NCBI GenBank assembly: GCA_037190965.1
Contig: JBBCKI010000072.1
Location: forward strand, 32,001 to 96,000
From: Chthoniobacteraceae bacterium
GTDB lineage: Bacteria > Verrucomicrobiota > Verrucomicrobiia > Chthoniobacterales > Chthoniobacteraceae
Length of the DNA: 64,000 bases
Direction of reading: 5' to 3'
Shown here: in pieces, positions 9,741-19,116 of the stretch
Layout of the letters: every line of letters begins with the position of its first letter
Numbering within the stretch: the first letter of the stretch is position 1
Made by a program: the position numbers and the translations under genes
Notes under the pieces: generated by a model
Seen by the model: only the letters and a program-made list of their open reading frames with translations
Databases searched by the model: none
What the model was told of the DNA's origin: nothing

Positions 9741-10029
9741 GAGGCGCCGATTTTTTCTTTATTCCGTTCAGCTTGTTGTGGTGCGGTTTTGCCATTTTTT
9801 GGGAATACATGGCCTTAAGTATTCCGAAACAAGGGGCCCGATAGGCATCATTTTTCCTGTGTTCGGGGCGGGTGCGTTCCCTTGGGTGACCCAGATTCCG
9901 GGAAGGATGCTCGTCGGCAACTTCAGACGAAATGATGCCTCCGACGTTCGAGATGATCGAAAACACCCGGACCGTTTACGAGATCGTGAGGACGGCGCAG
10001 AAAGCGGTGTCTTCCAGGGCGTAGTGACG

Positions 10030-10611
10030 CTATCGGCTCGTCGCGAAGTACCCGGGTTCGTTGCCGGGCTTCCACTTGATGTTGCAGCCAAGGCTGGGCT
10101 TTTGATCCGGATTCACAGGTTGATCGGCCAGAACAGCATCGATGGCGGCGCGGAGGTCGTGGCCGGTCGGCGTCTCCTGACGGGGGCGGGTGGAATCCAA
10201 CTGGCCCCGGTAGACGAGACGGCGGTTGGCATCGAAGAGGAAAAAGTCGGGCGTGCAGGCGGCGGTGTAGGCTTTTGCGACAGCTTGGGATTCGTCGTAA
10301 AGCACCGGGAGGGCGAGCAGGCCGGCGAGATCGCGGGTGGGCTCGGGAGCGTCATCGGGATATTCGGCGGCATCGTTGGAGGTAATGCCGACAAATCCCA
10401 CGGATTTTTGCGCGTAGTCCCGGGCGATTCTGGCAAGCTCCTCCCGCACATGGATGACGTAGGGACAGTGGTTGCAGAGAAAGACGACCATCAATGCTTT
10501 GCTCGCGGCGAAGTCGCCGAGGGAAACCGAACTACCGGAGATGACATCGGGAAGGCTGAAGGCGGGGGCTTGGGTGCCGAGCGGAAGCATGGTGGATTGC
10601 GTGCGTGCCAT
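10030..10611 (-). CDS. Thioredoxin family protein (AhpC/TSA-like)
   Basis: CNHCPYV, AACTPDFF, YRGQLD and GCNIKW motifs. Confidence 0.92.
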   Translation of the reverse strand: MARTQSTMLPLGTQAPAFSLPDVISGSSVSLGDFAASKALMVVFLCNHCPYVIHVREELARIARDYAQKSVGFVGITSNDAAEYPDDAPEPTRDLAGLLALPVLYDESQAVAKAYTAACTPDFFLFDANRRLVYRGQLDSTRPRQETPTGHDLRAAIDAVLADQPVNPDQKPSLGCNIKWKPGNEPGYFATSR

Positions 10612-10714
10612 GCCGGGATATTGGAGGATTGAGGCTCGTCAGGCGAGAGGGAAAGTAAAGTGAATTGGGGTGTTTCGGGTTGAGTGAACTGTTGGAACCG
10701 GTTTACGGTGCGAA

Positions 10715-11569
10715 ATGGCTTATACGGTCTTGAAATTGTCCTGCCCGGATCGTGTAGGGTTGCTTGCGCAGCTCACCGGCTTTGTGGCGGCTCACGGAGG
10801 CAACCTTCTGGAGGTGCATCAGTTCACCGATCCTTTGACGAAATGGTTCTTCGCCCGTATGGCGATCGATTCCGAGAGTCTCGGGTTTGATCTGTGTGCG
10901 CTCCGCAAAGCCTTCGCGCCGCTTGGCGAAGAGCTGGATGCGGAGTGGACGCTTCGTGATGCGGCCCAGCGCAAACGCGTCGTGATCCTCGTTTCCAAGG
11001 CCGATCATTGCCTGACTGATCTTCTCTGGCGGTGGCGAGCGGGGGAGATGCCGATGGAGATTCCATTGGTGATCGGAAATCACGATACGCTGCGGCCTCT
11101 TGTAGAGCGCGAGGGCATACGATTTGATAGGGTGCCGGTGACTCCCGAAACCAAGGAGGAGGCCTTCCAGACGATGCAAAGTCTGTTTATGAAGGCGGAG
11201 GCCGATGTCGTGATCCTTGCACGCTATATGCAAGTTATCCCCGCCGCGCTATGCGAGGAGTGGCATGGCAAGATCATCAATATTCATCATTCCTTTTTGC
11301 CGTCTTTCGCCGGGGCCAATCCTTATCGTCGGGCCTACGAGCGTGGAGTGAAGCTGATCGGGGCGACTTGTCACTATGCAACGCCGGAGCTCGACGAAGG
11401 GCCGATCATCGACCAGGAGGTCGTGCGCGTGGAACATTTCCATACGCCCGAGGATCTGCTGCGGCTCGGGCGCGATTGCGAACGCCTCGCGCTGGCACGC
11501 GGCGTCCGTTACCACGTGGACGACCGTGTGATGATGCACGGTAACCGCTCGATTGTATTTAGAGACTAG
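10715..11569 (+). CDS. purU: Formyltetrahydrofolate deformylase
   Basis: ACT domain CPDRVG; LARYMQ, INIHHSFLPSF and GVKLIGAT motifs. Confidence 0.96.
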   Translation: MAYTVLKLSCPDRVGLLAQLTGFVAAHGGNLLEVHQFTDPLTKWFFARMAIDSESLGFDLCALRKAFAPLGEELDAEWTLRDAAQRKRVVILVSKADHCLTDLLWRWRAGEMPMEIPLVIGNHDTLRPLVEREGIRFDRVPVTPETKEEAFQTMQSLFMKAEADVVILARYMQVIPAALCEEWHGKIINIHHSFLPSFAGANPYRRAYERGVKLIGATCHYATPELDEGPIIDQEVVRVEHFHTPEDLLRLGRDCERLALARGVRYHVDDRVMMHGNRSIVFRD

Positions 11570-13709
11570 TGTTCTGTAACAAGGTGCTAGCCAAAGTCGG
11601 CTGTTGCGAGCCGGGCACTGCGGCATTGCGCCTGCGGGCGCGTTCGCGGAAGTACAATTGGGCTTGCGAGGGGGCGTGGCCCGGTTCGGGTTTGAGGCGG
11701 ATGTAAGAGCCGTCGGCCTGGAGCTCCCGGGCTTTCACGCGATCTTTCAAAAACGCGGGAAGCATCTCTTCGATAATCGACTTCTGCAGCTTGGGGCTTT
11801 CGACAGGGAAGGCAATTTCGATGCGGCGATAGAGATTGCGGGGCATCCAGTCCGCGCTGCCGAGGTAGAGGGAGGGATCTCCGTCGTTGGCGAAGTAGTA
11901 GATCCGGCTATGCTCAAGGAATCGCCCGACGATGCTGATGACGCGGATGTTCTCGCTCAGGCCAGGGATGTTCGGGCGCAGGCAGCAGATGCCCCGGACG
12001 ATGAGGTCGATTTTCACCCCGGCCTGCGAGGCTTCGTAAAGCGCGGAAATGAGCGTTTCATCTACGAGCGCGTTGAGTTTGGCGATAATGCGGGCGGGCT
12101 TTCCCGCCAGCGCGTGATCGCGTTCGCGTTCGATCATCGCCTTGAATCGCGGGGCGAGATCAAAGGGAGAGACCAGGAGTTTTTTGAACCCCGGATATTC
12201 GGCAGGGCCGGTGAGGGTGTTGAAAAGGGTGGCGACTTCGGCGGTCAACTCGGGGTTGCTCGTAAAGAGACCCAGGTCGGTATAAATCCGCGCGGTGCGC
12301 GGGTGGTAGTTGCCGGTGCCAAGGTGAACGTAGTGACGGATGCGGTCTTCGTCGCGCCGGACAATGAGGAGCATCTTGCAATGGGTCTTAAGCCCGACGA
12401 CGCCGTAGACCACGTGCACGCCGAACTCCTCCAGCTTGCGGGCCCATTGGATGTTGGCGGCTTCGTCGAACCGCGCCTTGAGCTCCACGATGACGGTGAC
12501 TTGCTTGCCGTTAGCAGCAGCTTCGCCCAACGCGGCGACGATGGGGGAATCGCCGCTGGTCCGGTAAAGCGTCATCTTGATGGCGAGGACGAGTGGATCG
12601 GCTGCCGCGTTCTCGATGAACTCGACCACGTCGTCAAACGGCTCGTAAGGATGATGCAGTAGTACGTCCTCCCGCCTCAGGAGTTGCCAGATATCGGTGC
12701 CAGGGGGGAGCGCGGGATCGTGCGCGGGATGGAAGGGGCGATCCTTGAGATGGGCAAATGCCTCGTTGGCAAGAAGCGGGACGAGGTGAGTCATCGTGAT
12801 CGGCCCGTCGAGCGGGTAGAGATCGGCGTTCTCCAGTTTGAAACGCTCCAGCAGGAAGGCTTGAAAATCGGCGGGGCAATCGGCCTCCACCTCCAGGCGG
12901 ACGGCATTGCCGCGATTGGCGCGCCGGAGTTCCTGCTCGATGGTCCGGAGAAGGTTTTCGGCTTCCTCGTCATCGATGTAGAGGTCGCTGTTGCGGGTGA
13001 TCCGAAAGGCGTGGACGCCTTCGAGGATCAGCCCTGGAAAAAGCTCCACGACGCGGGCTTTGATGAGGTCGCTCAGGTAAATGTAATCCCACGCCTCCTT
13101 TTCTCCGGGGGCCGATTTCTGGCGGGGGAGGGCGATGAGCCGGGGGATCACGCGCGGCACCTGCACAATGGCGTAAAGCGGCTCCTCCTCGCCGGGGCGG
13201 CGGGCGCGCGCCATCAGGTTGTGGCTTTTATTGAGGACCTGTGGGAAAGGGTGGCTGGCGTCAACGGCGAGCGGCGTCAGGACCGGGAAGACCTCGTTGC
13301 GAAAATAGGTTTGCGCCCACTCGGCAAGGTCGGGCGGAAGCGAGGCGACATGGTGAATGCGGATACCGTGTTTAACCAGTTCGGGAACGATTTCTTCATT
13401 CCATAGACCGTATTGCATGGCCACCAGTTCATGCGCGCGCTTCTGGATTTCCTCAAAAACCGTCGCGGGAACCATGCCGTCGGGTCCAATGTCGGCGGCA
13501 CCGCTGTTGATCTGCTGCTTGATGCCCGCCACGCGGATTTCGAAGAACTCATCAAGATTGGAGGAAAAGATGGTCAGGAACTTGACCCGCTCCATCAGCG
13601 GCTGGGTGGCATCCTGAGCCTCCTCAAGCACACGGCGGTTGAATTCCAGCCAACTCAACTCGCGATTGATAAAGTTTTTCGGGGCGTCGATCTCCTGTTG
13701 CATCACCAT
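11559..13709 (-). CDS. ppk1: Polyphosphate kinase 1
   Basis: NRELSWLEFN, SNLDEFF, ELKARFDE, KTHCK and GRFLEHSR motifs. Confidence 0.97.
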   Translation of the reverse strand: MVMQQEIDAPKNFINRELSWLEFNRRVLEEAQDATQPLMERVKFLTIFSSNLDEFFEIRVAGIKQQINSGAADIGPDGMVPATVFEEIQKRAHELVAMQYGLWNEEIVPELVKHGIRIHHVASLPPDLAEWAQTYFRNEVFPVLTPLAVDASHPFPQVLNKSHNLMARARRPGEEEPLYAIVQVPRVIPRLIALPRQKSAPGEKEAWDYIYLSDLIKARVVELFPGLILEGVHAFRITRNSDLYIDDEEAENLLRTIEQELRRANRGNAVRLEVEADCPADFQAFLLERFKLENADLYPLDGPITMTHLVPLLANEAFAHLKDRPFHPAHDPALPPGTDIWQLLRREDVLLHHPYEPFDDVVEFIENAAADPLVLAIKMTLYRTSGDSPIVAALGEAAANGKQVTVIVELKARFDEAANIQWARKLEEFGVHVVYGVVGLKTHCKMLLIVRRDEDRIRHYVHLGTGNYHPRTARIYTDLGLFTSNPELTAEVATLFNTLTGPAEYPGFKKLLVSPFDLAPRFKAMIERERDHALAGKPARIIAKLNALVDETLISALYEASQAGVKIDLIVRGICCLRPNIPGLSENIRVISIVGRFLEHSRIYYFANDGDPSLYLGSADWMPRNLYRRIEIAFPVESPKLQKSIIEEMLPAFLKDRVKARELQADGSYIRLKPEPGHAPSQAQLYFRERARRRNAAVPGSQQPTLASTLLQNTSL

Positions 13710-13886
13710 TCTACCTTAGCCTCAATTTCAGATTTGGAACATGTGATTATTGGAATAGGGGAGGGCCTGCCTACGGATCAATCGTGATAATGTGACGATT
13801 AGGTGTCAAAACCGGGCCCACCCGGGGAAAACGATTGCAGTCCCGCCTTAAAATCCGGACATTCGGTGCCGTTTCCCGGCCTTCTC

Positions 13887-14408
13887 ATGAAACTCACCCT
13901 TCGCTCTGCTGCTCCGGGCATTTTTGCCCTCGGTCTTCTGTTTGCCTGCCAATCGGTGTTTGCCGAAACGCCTTCCCAGATTCCACCCGAATCGCCGACG
14001 CCAACCGTCGTTTATACGGGAGGAGGCAAGTGGACGGAGCCAAGGAAAGTGGTGAGAGACTTTTTCAGCCGCCTGAAGTCGAACAATGTGGACGAAGCTT
14101 ACGACGAGTTGCTGAAAGGGACCAAGATCGCGGAGTCGGCCAAGGATGTTTCGATGCTCAAGGCCAAGACCCGTGAGGCGCTTCAACTCGGCGGTGCCAT
14201 CGAAGGCAACGATCTGATCGCAACGAAGGAGGCGGGCGAACACCTCGTCAGTTTGACCTATCTCTCCCTTGGCAAGACTTACCCGCTTCGCTGGCGGTTT
14301 TATTTCTACAAGGCTTCCGATCAATGGAAACTGATCGACATCCGCATTAGCGATCGTCTTGCGGAGATGCTCGGTGAGCAGGGGGCGGCGGCCGAGACTG
14401 CGCCATGA
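13887..14408 (+). CDS. Hypothetical exported protein
   Basis: Signal peptide ending VFA; overlaps the next gene (ATGA). Confidence 0.7.
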   Translation: MKLTLRSAAPGIFALGLLFACQSVFAETPSQIPPESPTPTVVYTGGGKWTEPRKVVRDFFSRLKSNNVDEAYDELLKGTKIAESAKDVSMLKAKTREALQLGGAIEGNDLIATKEAGEHLVSLTYLSLGKTYPLRWRFYFYKASDQWKLIDIRISDRLAEMLGEQGAAAETAP

Positions 14409-15307
14409 GCATGAGCGGCGCGGTTTCCCCGGGTAAGCCTGCAAATCCCGGTTCGCCCGGTCCATTGAGGATGCTGGGGCAGACCCTCGCGTTCATCCGG
14501 TTTTCCCATACGGTTTTTGCGTTGCCTTTTGCGCTCGGTTCCATGCTGGTCGCGGCGGACGGGTTGCCCTCCTGGCGGCTTTGCGGGTGGATCGTGGCGG
14601 CGATGGTCTTTGCTCGCACTGCAGCGATGGCCTTCAACCGGCTGGCGGATTGGCAGATGGACAAGCGCAATCCCCGCACGGCGGGCCGTCATAAGCTGGT
14701 CTCTTTCCCCGGGGCCGTGGCGCTTTGTCTATTTAGCGCCCTCTGTTTTGTAGGGGTGACCTTTGCGATCAACCCGCTTTGTTACAGGTTGAGCCCGGTG
14801 GCTCTGGGGCTGGTGTTTTTTTACTCCCTGACCAAGCGTTTTACCTCACTGTGTCACTTTTACCTCGGGTTGGCGCTCTCCGTCTCACCCGTGGGCGCGT
14901 GGTTGGCGGTTACGGGCGGGTTCGCCCTCCCTCCCTTGATTCTCGCGGCAGGAGTGGTGCTCTGGGTAGCGGGGTTTGACCTTATTTACGCCACCCAGGA
15001 TCATGAATTTGACCGGCGAGAGGGGTTGCATTCTCTCGTGGTTCGCCTGGGCGTCACGCGCAGCCTGGCGGTCGCCCAATGGCTGCACGGCGCGGTGGTA
15101 CTCCTGCTTGCGGCTTTCGGTGCGGCTGCGGGCCTCGGAATGATTTATTACGGCGGACTCGCGCTGGTGGTGGCGGCGCTGATATATGAGCACCGGGTGG
15201 CGCGTCGGGCGGATCTGGATGCCATCAACCAGGCTTTCTTCGTCAGCAACGCTTTCGTCGGGCTGGTCTTTGTGACCGCGATTTTGGCTGACGTGCTTTG
15301 TCGATAG
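14405..15307 (+). CDS. UbiA-family polyprenyltransferase (MqnP-like)
   Basis: IRFSHTVFALPFA, AMAFNRLAD..MDKRNPRT and GFDLIYATQD motifs. Confidence 0.9.
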   Translation: MSMSGAVSPGKPANPGSPGPLRMLGQTLAFIRFSHTVFALPFALGSMLVAADGLPSWRLCGWIVAAMVFARTAAMAFNRLADWQMDKRNPRTAGRHKLVSFPGAVALCLFSALCFVGVTFAINPLCYRLSPVALGLVFFYSLTKRFTSLCHFYLGLALSVSPVGAWLAVTGGFALPPLILAAGVVLWVAGFDLIYATQDHEFDRREGLHSLVVRLGVTRSLAVAQWLHGAVVLLLAAFGAAAGLGMIYYGGLALVVAALIYEHRVARRADLDAINQAFFVSNAFVGLVFVTAILADVLCR

Positions 15308-15327
15308 AAGAGAGCTCGGAGCAATAA

Positions 15328-15378
15328 AAAACGGTTCCCGAAAATGAGGGCATCCCTCTTGTTCACAGGAACCGTTTT
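15328..15378. terminator. Hairpin between convergent genes, probable bidirectional terminator
   Basis: AAAACGGTTCC / GGAACCGTTTT 11-bp inverted repeat. Confidence 0.6.
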
Positions 15379-15397
15379 CGAGATTTTGAAACCTGAT

Positions 15398-15769
15398 CTA
15401 TTTCAGAAAATAGCGCTTGGAGCGAAGGGTCCCCGTTGTTTTGAAATCCTTGGGGTTGTTTTTCAAATAGAGAACAACAGTGTTATAATTGAGTTCGGTA
15501 ATATCGGAAATCTCTTTCTGGCTCAGCCCTTCCGGAGATTGGGAAAGCGCTTTGAGAATGCGGCCGCGCACTTCTTCGGAGCTGGTGCGCTTGCGGCGGA
15601 CCTCGACGACGACTGCCTTGCCGGTCATCCCAGCGATCTGGGCTTCGAGATCAACAACAACCTGGCGGGCGTCTTTTAACTTTTGCTGCAACTCCGATAG
15701 TTGACTGGAGCGCAACTGATGAATTTTTGCTTCGAGTTCCTGAATTTGAGATTGGACATCTTTTTCCAT
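15398..15769 (-). CDS. Small DNA-binding protein, coiled coil plus winged helix (123 aa)
   Basis: Heptad-rich N-terminus, RRKR linker, then ILKAL..PEGLSQKEISDITELNYNTVVLYL helix-turn-helix and a wing; start ATG 15769. Confidence 0.75.
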   Translation of the reverse strand: MEKDVQSQIQELEAKIHQLRSSQLSELQQKLKDARQVVVDLEAQIAGMTGKAVVVEVRRKRTSSEEVRGRILKALSQSPEGLSQKEISDITELNYNTVVLYLKNNPKDFKTTGTLRSKRYFLK

Positions 15770-15849
15770 AGGACAGGGAGTCAATACCATTGCGATTTGC
15801 CTTTCGTCAATGGTAGCCCGCAAATCGAATATGATAACGTTTTGGATTG

Positions 15850-16033
15850 AACCTAAAAACGGCGTGGATCGGGGCGATCTGACGCAAGATGCGGCCAGGG
15901 TACGGGCTCCGCGCAGAGACTGCGCTTCGCTCCGTAAGAAGTAAACCGCTGATCGCGATAAAGCGGTCTGCTGGCCGCGAGTGACTTTCGTCGAGCTCAG
16001 CAGCTCATCCCCTCCCATTACCGTTTTTAGGTT
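15850..16033. other. 184-nt fold-back element (ncRNA or MITE)
   Basis: Perfect 13-bp terminal inverted repeat AACCTAAAAACGG/CCGTTTTTAGGTT plus several internal helices. Confidence 0.5.
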
Positions 16034-16191
16034 GAAACTTTTCAGGGTTTGATGTCCGATAAGGGGCGACGATCAATAAGAAGGCTGGATGTAAAACGAC
16101 GGTGAATGACGGGTGAATTTACTGGGGCAAGCCTGGGGCGAGCCAGGGCAGATCAAGGAAAACTTGGAAAATTGGGTAAACTGAGGAGGTT

Positions 16192-18096
16192 TTGAACCTG
16201 AAATATTCCGGAGAGTTGAGACATCTGAGAGAGATGGCGGGCCTGGATGAGCCTTCACCCAGGCCGACGATTCGAGTGTTTTTTGATGAGGTCGTCGGCG
16301 CGCTGTTTTTGCACGGGCAATTCATGTCTCTCTGGCGTGATCCGGAGGAGGAACACGAAGGAGCGAACCCTACGGAGCAGGAGAGGGTGGATGTTGCCCT
16401 CATTTTTTCCCGTTCACCGGGTGAGGTCCCGCTTGCCATCGGGCGCGATCTGGCGGTTCGCCTGGGCGAGGTTACCGAAGCGATTCCCGATGCCGCGGTG
16501 ATGGTGGTGTTGACTGGAGGGCTTCCTTCGGGCGATTGCGCGATGATGCTCTGCCATGGCGGCGACGGATTACATGGTTTTTTGACGAGTGAAACGCTGA
16601 CCCCCGAAACTCTCGCCCTGGCGATTCGCATTGCCGCAAAGCGGCAGCAGGGCATTCTGGAGATGCGCCGCATCGTGGCAGAATTGAACTGGCGGGTGAA
16701 AGAGCGGACCCGCGAGAATCGCGAAGCCGGAGAGCGTCTGGAAAAGGCGGTGGCGGAAAGGGAACGTGCGGAGCGACGCCTCAGCGAGGCTCATGACGAA
16801 CTCGGGATTCGCATTCTGGAGCGGACCTCGCAACTGGCTCATGCCAATGAGCTCTTGAAGGTGGAGGTGGCGGAGCGAAAACGGGCTGAGCGCGAGTCGA
16901 AGAAGGCGAAGGAGCAGGCTGAGGCGGCCAATCGTGCCAAGAGCGAATTTCTCGCCAACATGAGCCACGAGATTCGTACCCCGATGAATGGGATCATCGG
17001 CATGACGGAGCTGGTGCTCACCACTCCCCTGGATCCTTTGCAAAGCGAGTATTTGCATCTCATCAACCGTTCGGCGGAGTCGCTGCTTACCTTGATCAAT
17101 GATGTCCTCGATTACGCAAAGATCGAGGCGGGCAAGTTGTTGCTGGGTGAAGAGCCCTTCAGCGTCCGGGAGGTGCTGGAAGATGCGGTAAAAACATTGA
17201 GTGTGCAGGCTTCGCAGAAAAACCTTCAATTGGTTTTAAGCGTCTGCCCCGAGGTTCCTCTCCTGGTCGTTGGCGATCCGGGGCGGCTTAGGCAGGTGAT
17301 CCTCAATCTCGTGGGGAATGCCGTGAAGTTTACCGAAGCGGGGCAGGTGATCGTTTCGGCGAGCGCTTCCCTGGCGAGTGAGGAACGTGAGGACCTGGAG
17401 GGCCGGGTAGAACTGCGCTTTGAGGTTTCCGATACCGGCATTGGAATTCCTCCGGAAAAGCAGCAGCAGATTTTCGAAGCGTTCACGCAGGTGGATGGTT
17501 CGGTGACTCGTCGTTATGGTGGGACGGGGCTGGGCCTTGCGATCGTGACCAGCCTCGTGCAACAGATGGGGGGCGAAATCCAGCTCGACAGCCAGGTCGG
17601 CGCGGGGAGCACCTTCAAGTTTGCGATCCCGGTGGATATTTTTCTGCGGGAAGAAGGTTTGCCTTCGCCGGACGCAGGTTTCAAGCTTGGGCAAGAGCCC
17701 TATCCGTCCTATACGCCTTTCGGGACAGAGCGACGGGTCTTGATTGTGGAGGACAACCCGGTCAATCAACGGGTCGCGGAGACCATGTTGCTTCGCGGCG
17801 GTTACCAGGTCACGATTGCGGCCAACGGCAGGGAGGCGTTGAACGCGGTGCAGAGAGAGGTTTTCGATCTGGTGCTGATGGATATTCAGATGCCTGAGAT
17901 GGACGGTCTGGAGGCGACCCGGCAGATTCGGTTGCTCGACCGTATCGATGGAAGACTGCCGATTGTGGCGATGACCGCCCACGCCATGAAGGGTGATCGC
18001 GAGCGTTGCCTGGAAGCGGGGATGGATCACTACCTGTCCAAGCCATTCCACAAGCGGGAATTGCTGGAAGTCGTCGAACGCTTTGTGCGGCGGTAG
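16192..18096 (+). CDS. Hybrid sensor histidine kinase/response regulator (start uncertain)
   Basis: H-box [17 protein letters not shown] boxes (NAVKFT, DTGIG, GGTGLGL), C-terminal receiver [10 protein letters not shown]. Confidence 0.93.
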   Translation: MNLKYSGELRHLREMAGLDEPSPRPTIRVFFDEVVGALFLHGQFMSLWRDPEEEHEGANPTEQERVDVALIFSRSPGEVPLAIGRDLAVRLGEVTEAIPDAAVMVVLTGGLPSGDCAMMLCHGGDGLHGFLTSETLTPETLALAIRIAAKRQQGILEMRRIVAELNWRVKERTRENREAGERLEKAVAERERAERRLSEAHDELGIRILERTSQLAHANELLKVEVAERKRAERESKKAKEQAEAANRAKSEFLANMSHEIRTPMNGIIGMTELVLTTPLDPLQSEYLHLINRSAESLLTLINDVLDYAKIEAGKLLLGEEPFSVREVLEDAVKTLSVQASQKNLQLVLSVCPEVPLLVVGDPGRLRQVILNLVGNAVKFTEAGQVIVSASASLASEEREDLEGRVELRFEVSDTGIGIPPEKQQQIFEAFTQVDGSVTRRYGGTGLGLAIVTSLVQQMGGEIQLDSQVGAGSTFKFAIPVDIFLREEGLPSPDAGFKLGQEPYPSYTPFGTERRVLIVEDNPVNQRVAETMLLRGGYQVTIAANGREALNAVQREVFDLVLMDIQMPEMDGLEATRQIRLLDRIDGRLPIVAMTAHAMKGDRERCLEAGMDHYLSKPFHKRELLEVVERFVRR

Positions 18097-18210
18097 ACGG
18101 TAAAAACGAGAGGCAAATCTCCTTTTCGCGTGATTTTGGGCGTGCCTTATGCTTTCTCGCATGACGTGGTCCGGCTTCCTTCCGGCCCGAAGAGTTCTCT
18201 TATCAGCCCT

Positions 18211-18696
18211 ATGAAAAACCAGACTTATTCCATGTTTGCGGCTTCCGTCTGTGCGGCCGCGCTTGTTCTGAGCGGATGCGCCAGCAACGAGCCGAGGCCC
18301 GTTCACCGGCAGCCTTCCAAGTACTCCAACAAAGCCAAACACCGGGATGACCGGAGAGACGATCGGAGAGATCGCAGAGACGATCATCGGGATCGCCGCG
18401 ATGACCGAGACGACCGCCGGGACGATCGCGGTGATCGCAGCGAGTGGAACCGGGCTCCCTCGGTGGGGATGACTAAATCGGAAGTGCGGAGACGCTATGG
18501 AGCCCCCGTGGAGGTTTCATCCACCCCGCAGGGAGAGGTTTGGTTTTACACGGCGAGAGTGAGTGGCCGCGATTTCATCCCAATCTACGGTGCCGTGACG
18601 CACCGTAGGAATGGAGGCTCGATTGGGTTTGATTCCCATGGCCGTGTGAGCGCCTTCCAGTGGGGCCGCGATTATCGCAACGCCTGGTGGTACTAA
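18211..18696 (+). CDS. Lipoprotein with Arg/Asp-rich tract and SmpA/BamE-like domain
   Basis: Lipobox LSGC; GMTKSEVRRRYGAP motif followed by WFY. Confidence 0.75.
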   Translation: MKNQTYSMFAASVCAAALVLSGCASNEPRPVHRQPSKYSNKAKHRDDRRDDRRDRRDDHRDRRDDRDDRRDDRGDRSEWNRAPSVGMTKSEVRRRYGAPVEVSSTPQGEVWFYTARVSGRDFIPIYGAVTHRRNGGSIGFDSHGRVSAFQWGRDYRNAWWY

Positions 18697-18697
18697 A

Positions 18698-18847
18698 AGC
18701 GTCTCTCAAAATCTTTTCCGAATGCACTGGCGCGGCGTCGCTGAGCTTGGGCAGGGGCACTGCGGCCCCAGCCACTGCGCTCTGCTCGTTGCTTCAGAAG
18801 CCATGGCGCTCCCATTACCTTTCGGACATTATTTTCGAGAAAACGCT
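18698..18847. mobile_element. Possible degenerate MITE-like element
   Basis: Imperfect terminal inverted repeats AGCGTCTCTCAAAATCTTTTCCGAA / TTCGGACATTATTTTCGAGAAAACGCT. Confidence 0.4.
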
Positions 18848-18886
18848 ATAAAATCAACTGACCGCCAAGCAGGCTGAACAATAACC

Positions 18887-18925
18887 GGGCCGTGCCCTCG
18901 GGGGAGAGGGGCACGGCCCTTTTTT
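18887..18925 (+). terminator. Rho-independent terminator
   Basis: GGGCCGTGCCC/GGGCACGGCCC stem followed by six T. Confidence 0.85.
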
Positions 18926-19116
18926 GGGATTCTGATGGGGATGCCTCCCCGATTTGCCATCTTTTTCCCCCGGTGCACGCCACAAGCCGATTGTTTGGGG
19001 GACGGTGAGTTACGGTGTAATGAAGCCAGGGCTCACGGTTTCCCGTTCCGCCAGACTAGCGGTATCGAGGGCTAAGAGGAATCAGGCAGATGCCGCTTGG
19101 GGGGTGGTGCAATCCC

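Noticed and set aside
9706..10029. ORFs 9706-10632 (plus), 9715-9966 (minus) and 9768-10091 (minus) as genes
   Set aside because: They have no motifs or clear RBS, and two overlap the thioredoxin gene; RNA structure explains the region better.
9531..10029. tmRNA, RNase P RNA, SRP RNA or rRNA fragment
   Set aside because: Signature sequences (tRNA-like ends, GAGGAAAGTCC, SRP domain IV) were not found on either strand.
11559..11569. Convergent 3' overlap of purU and ppk1 (similarly blc and the ankyrin gene at 43821-43830)
   Set aside because: Short tail-to-tail overlaps are common in bacterial genomes.
18340..18438. CRISPR array or DNA tandem repeat
   Set aside because: The repetition is low-complexity coding sequence with no constant repeat-spacer pattern.
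18803..18877. 24-codon ORF (MALPLPFG...) before the terminator
   Set aside because: It has no RBS and overlaps the inverted-repeat element; probably a chance ORF.
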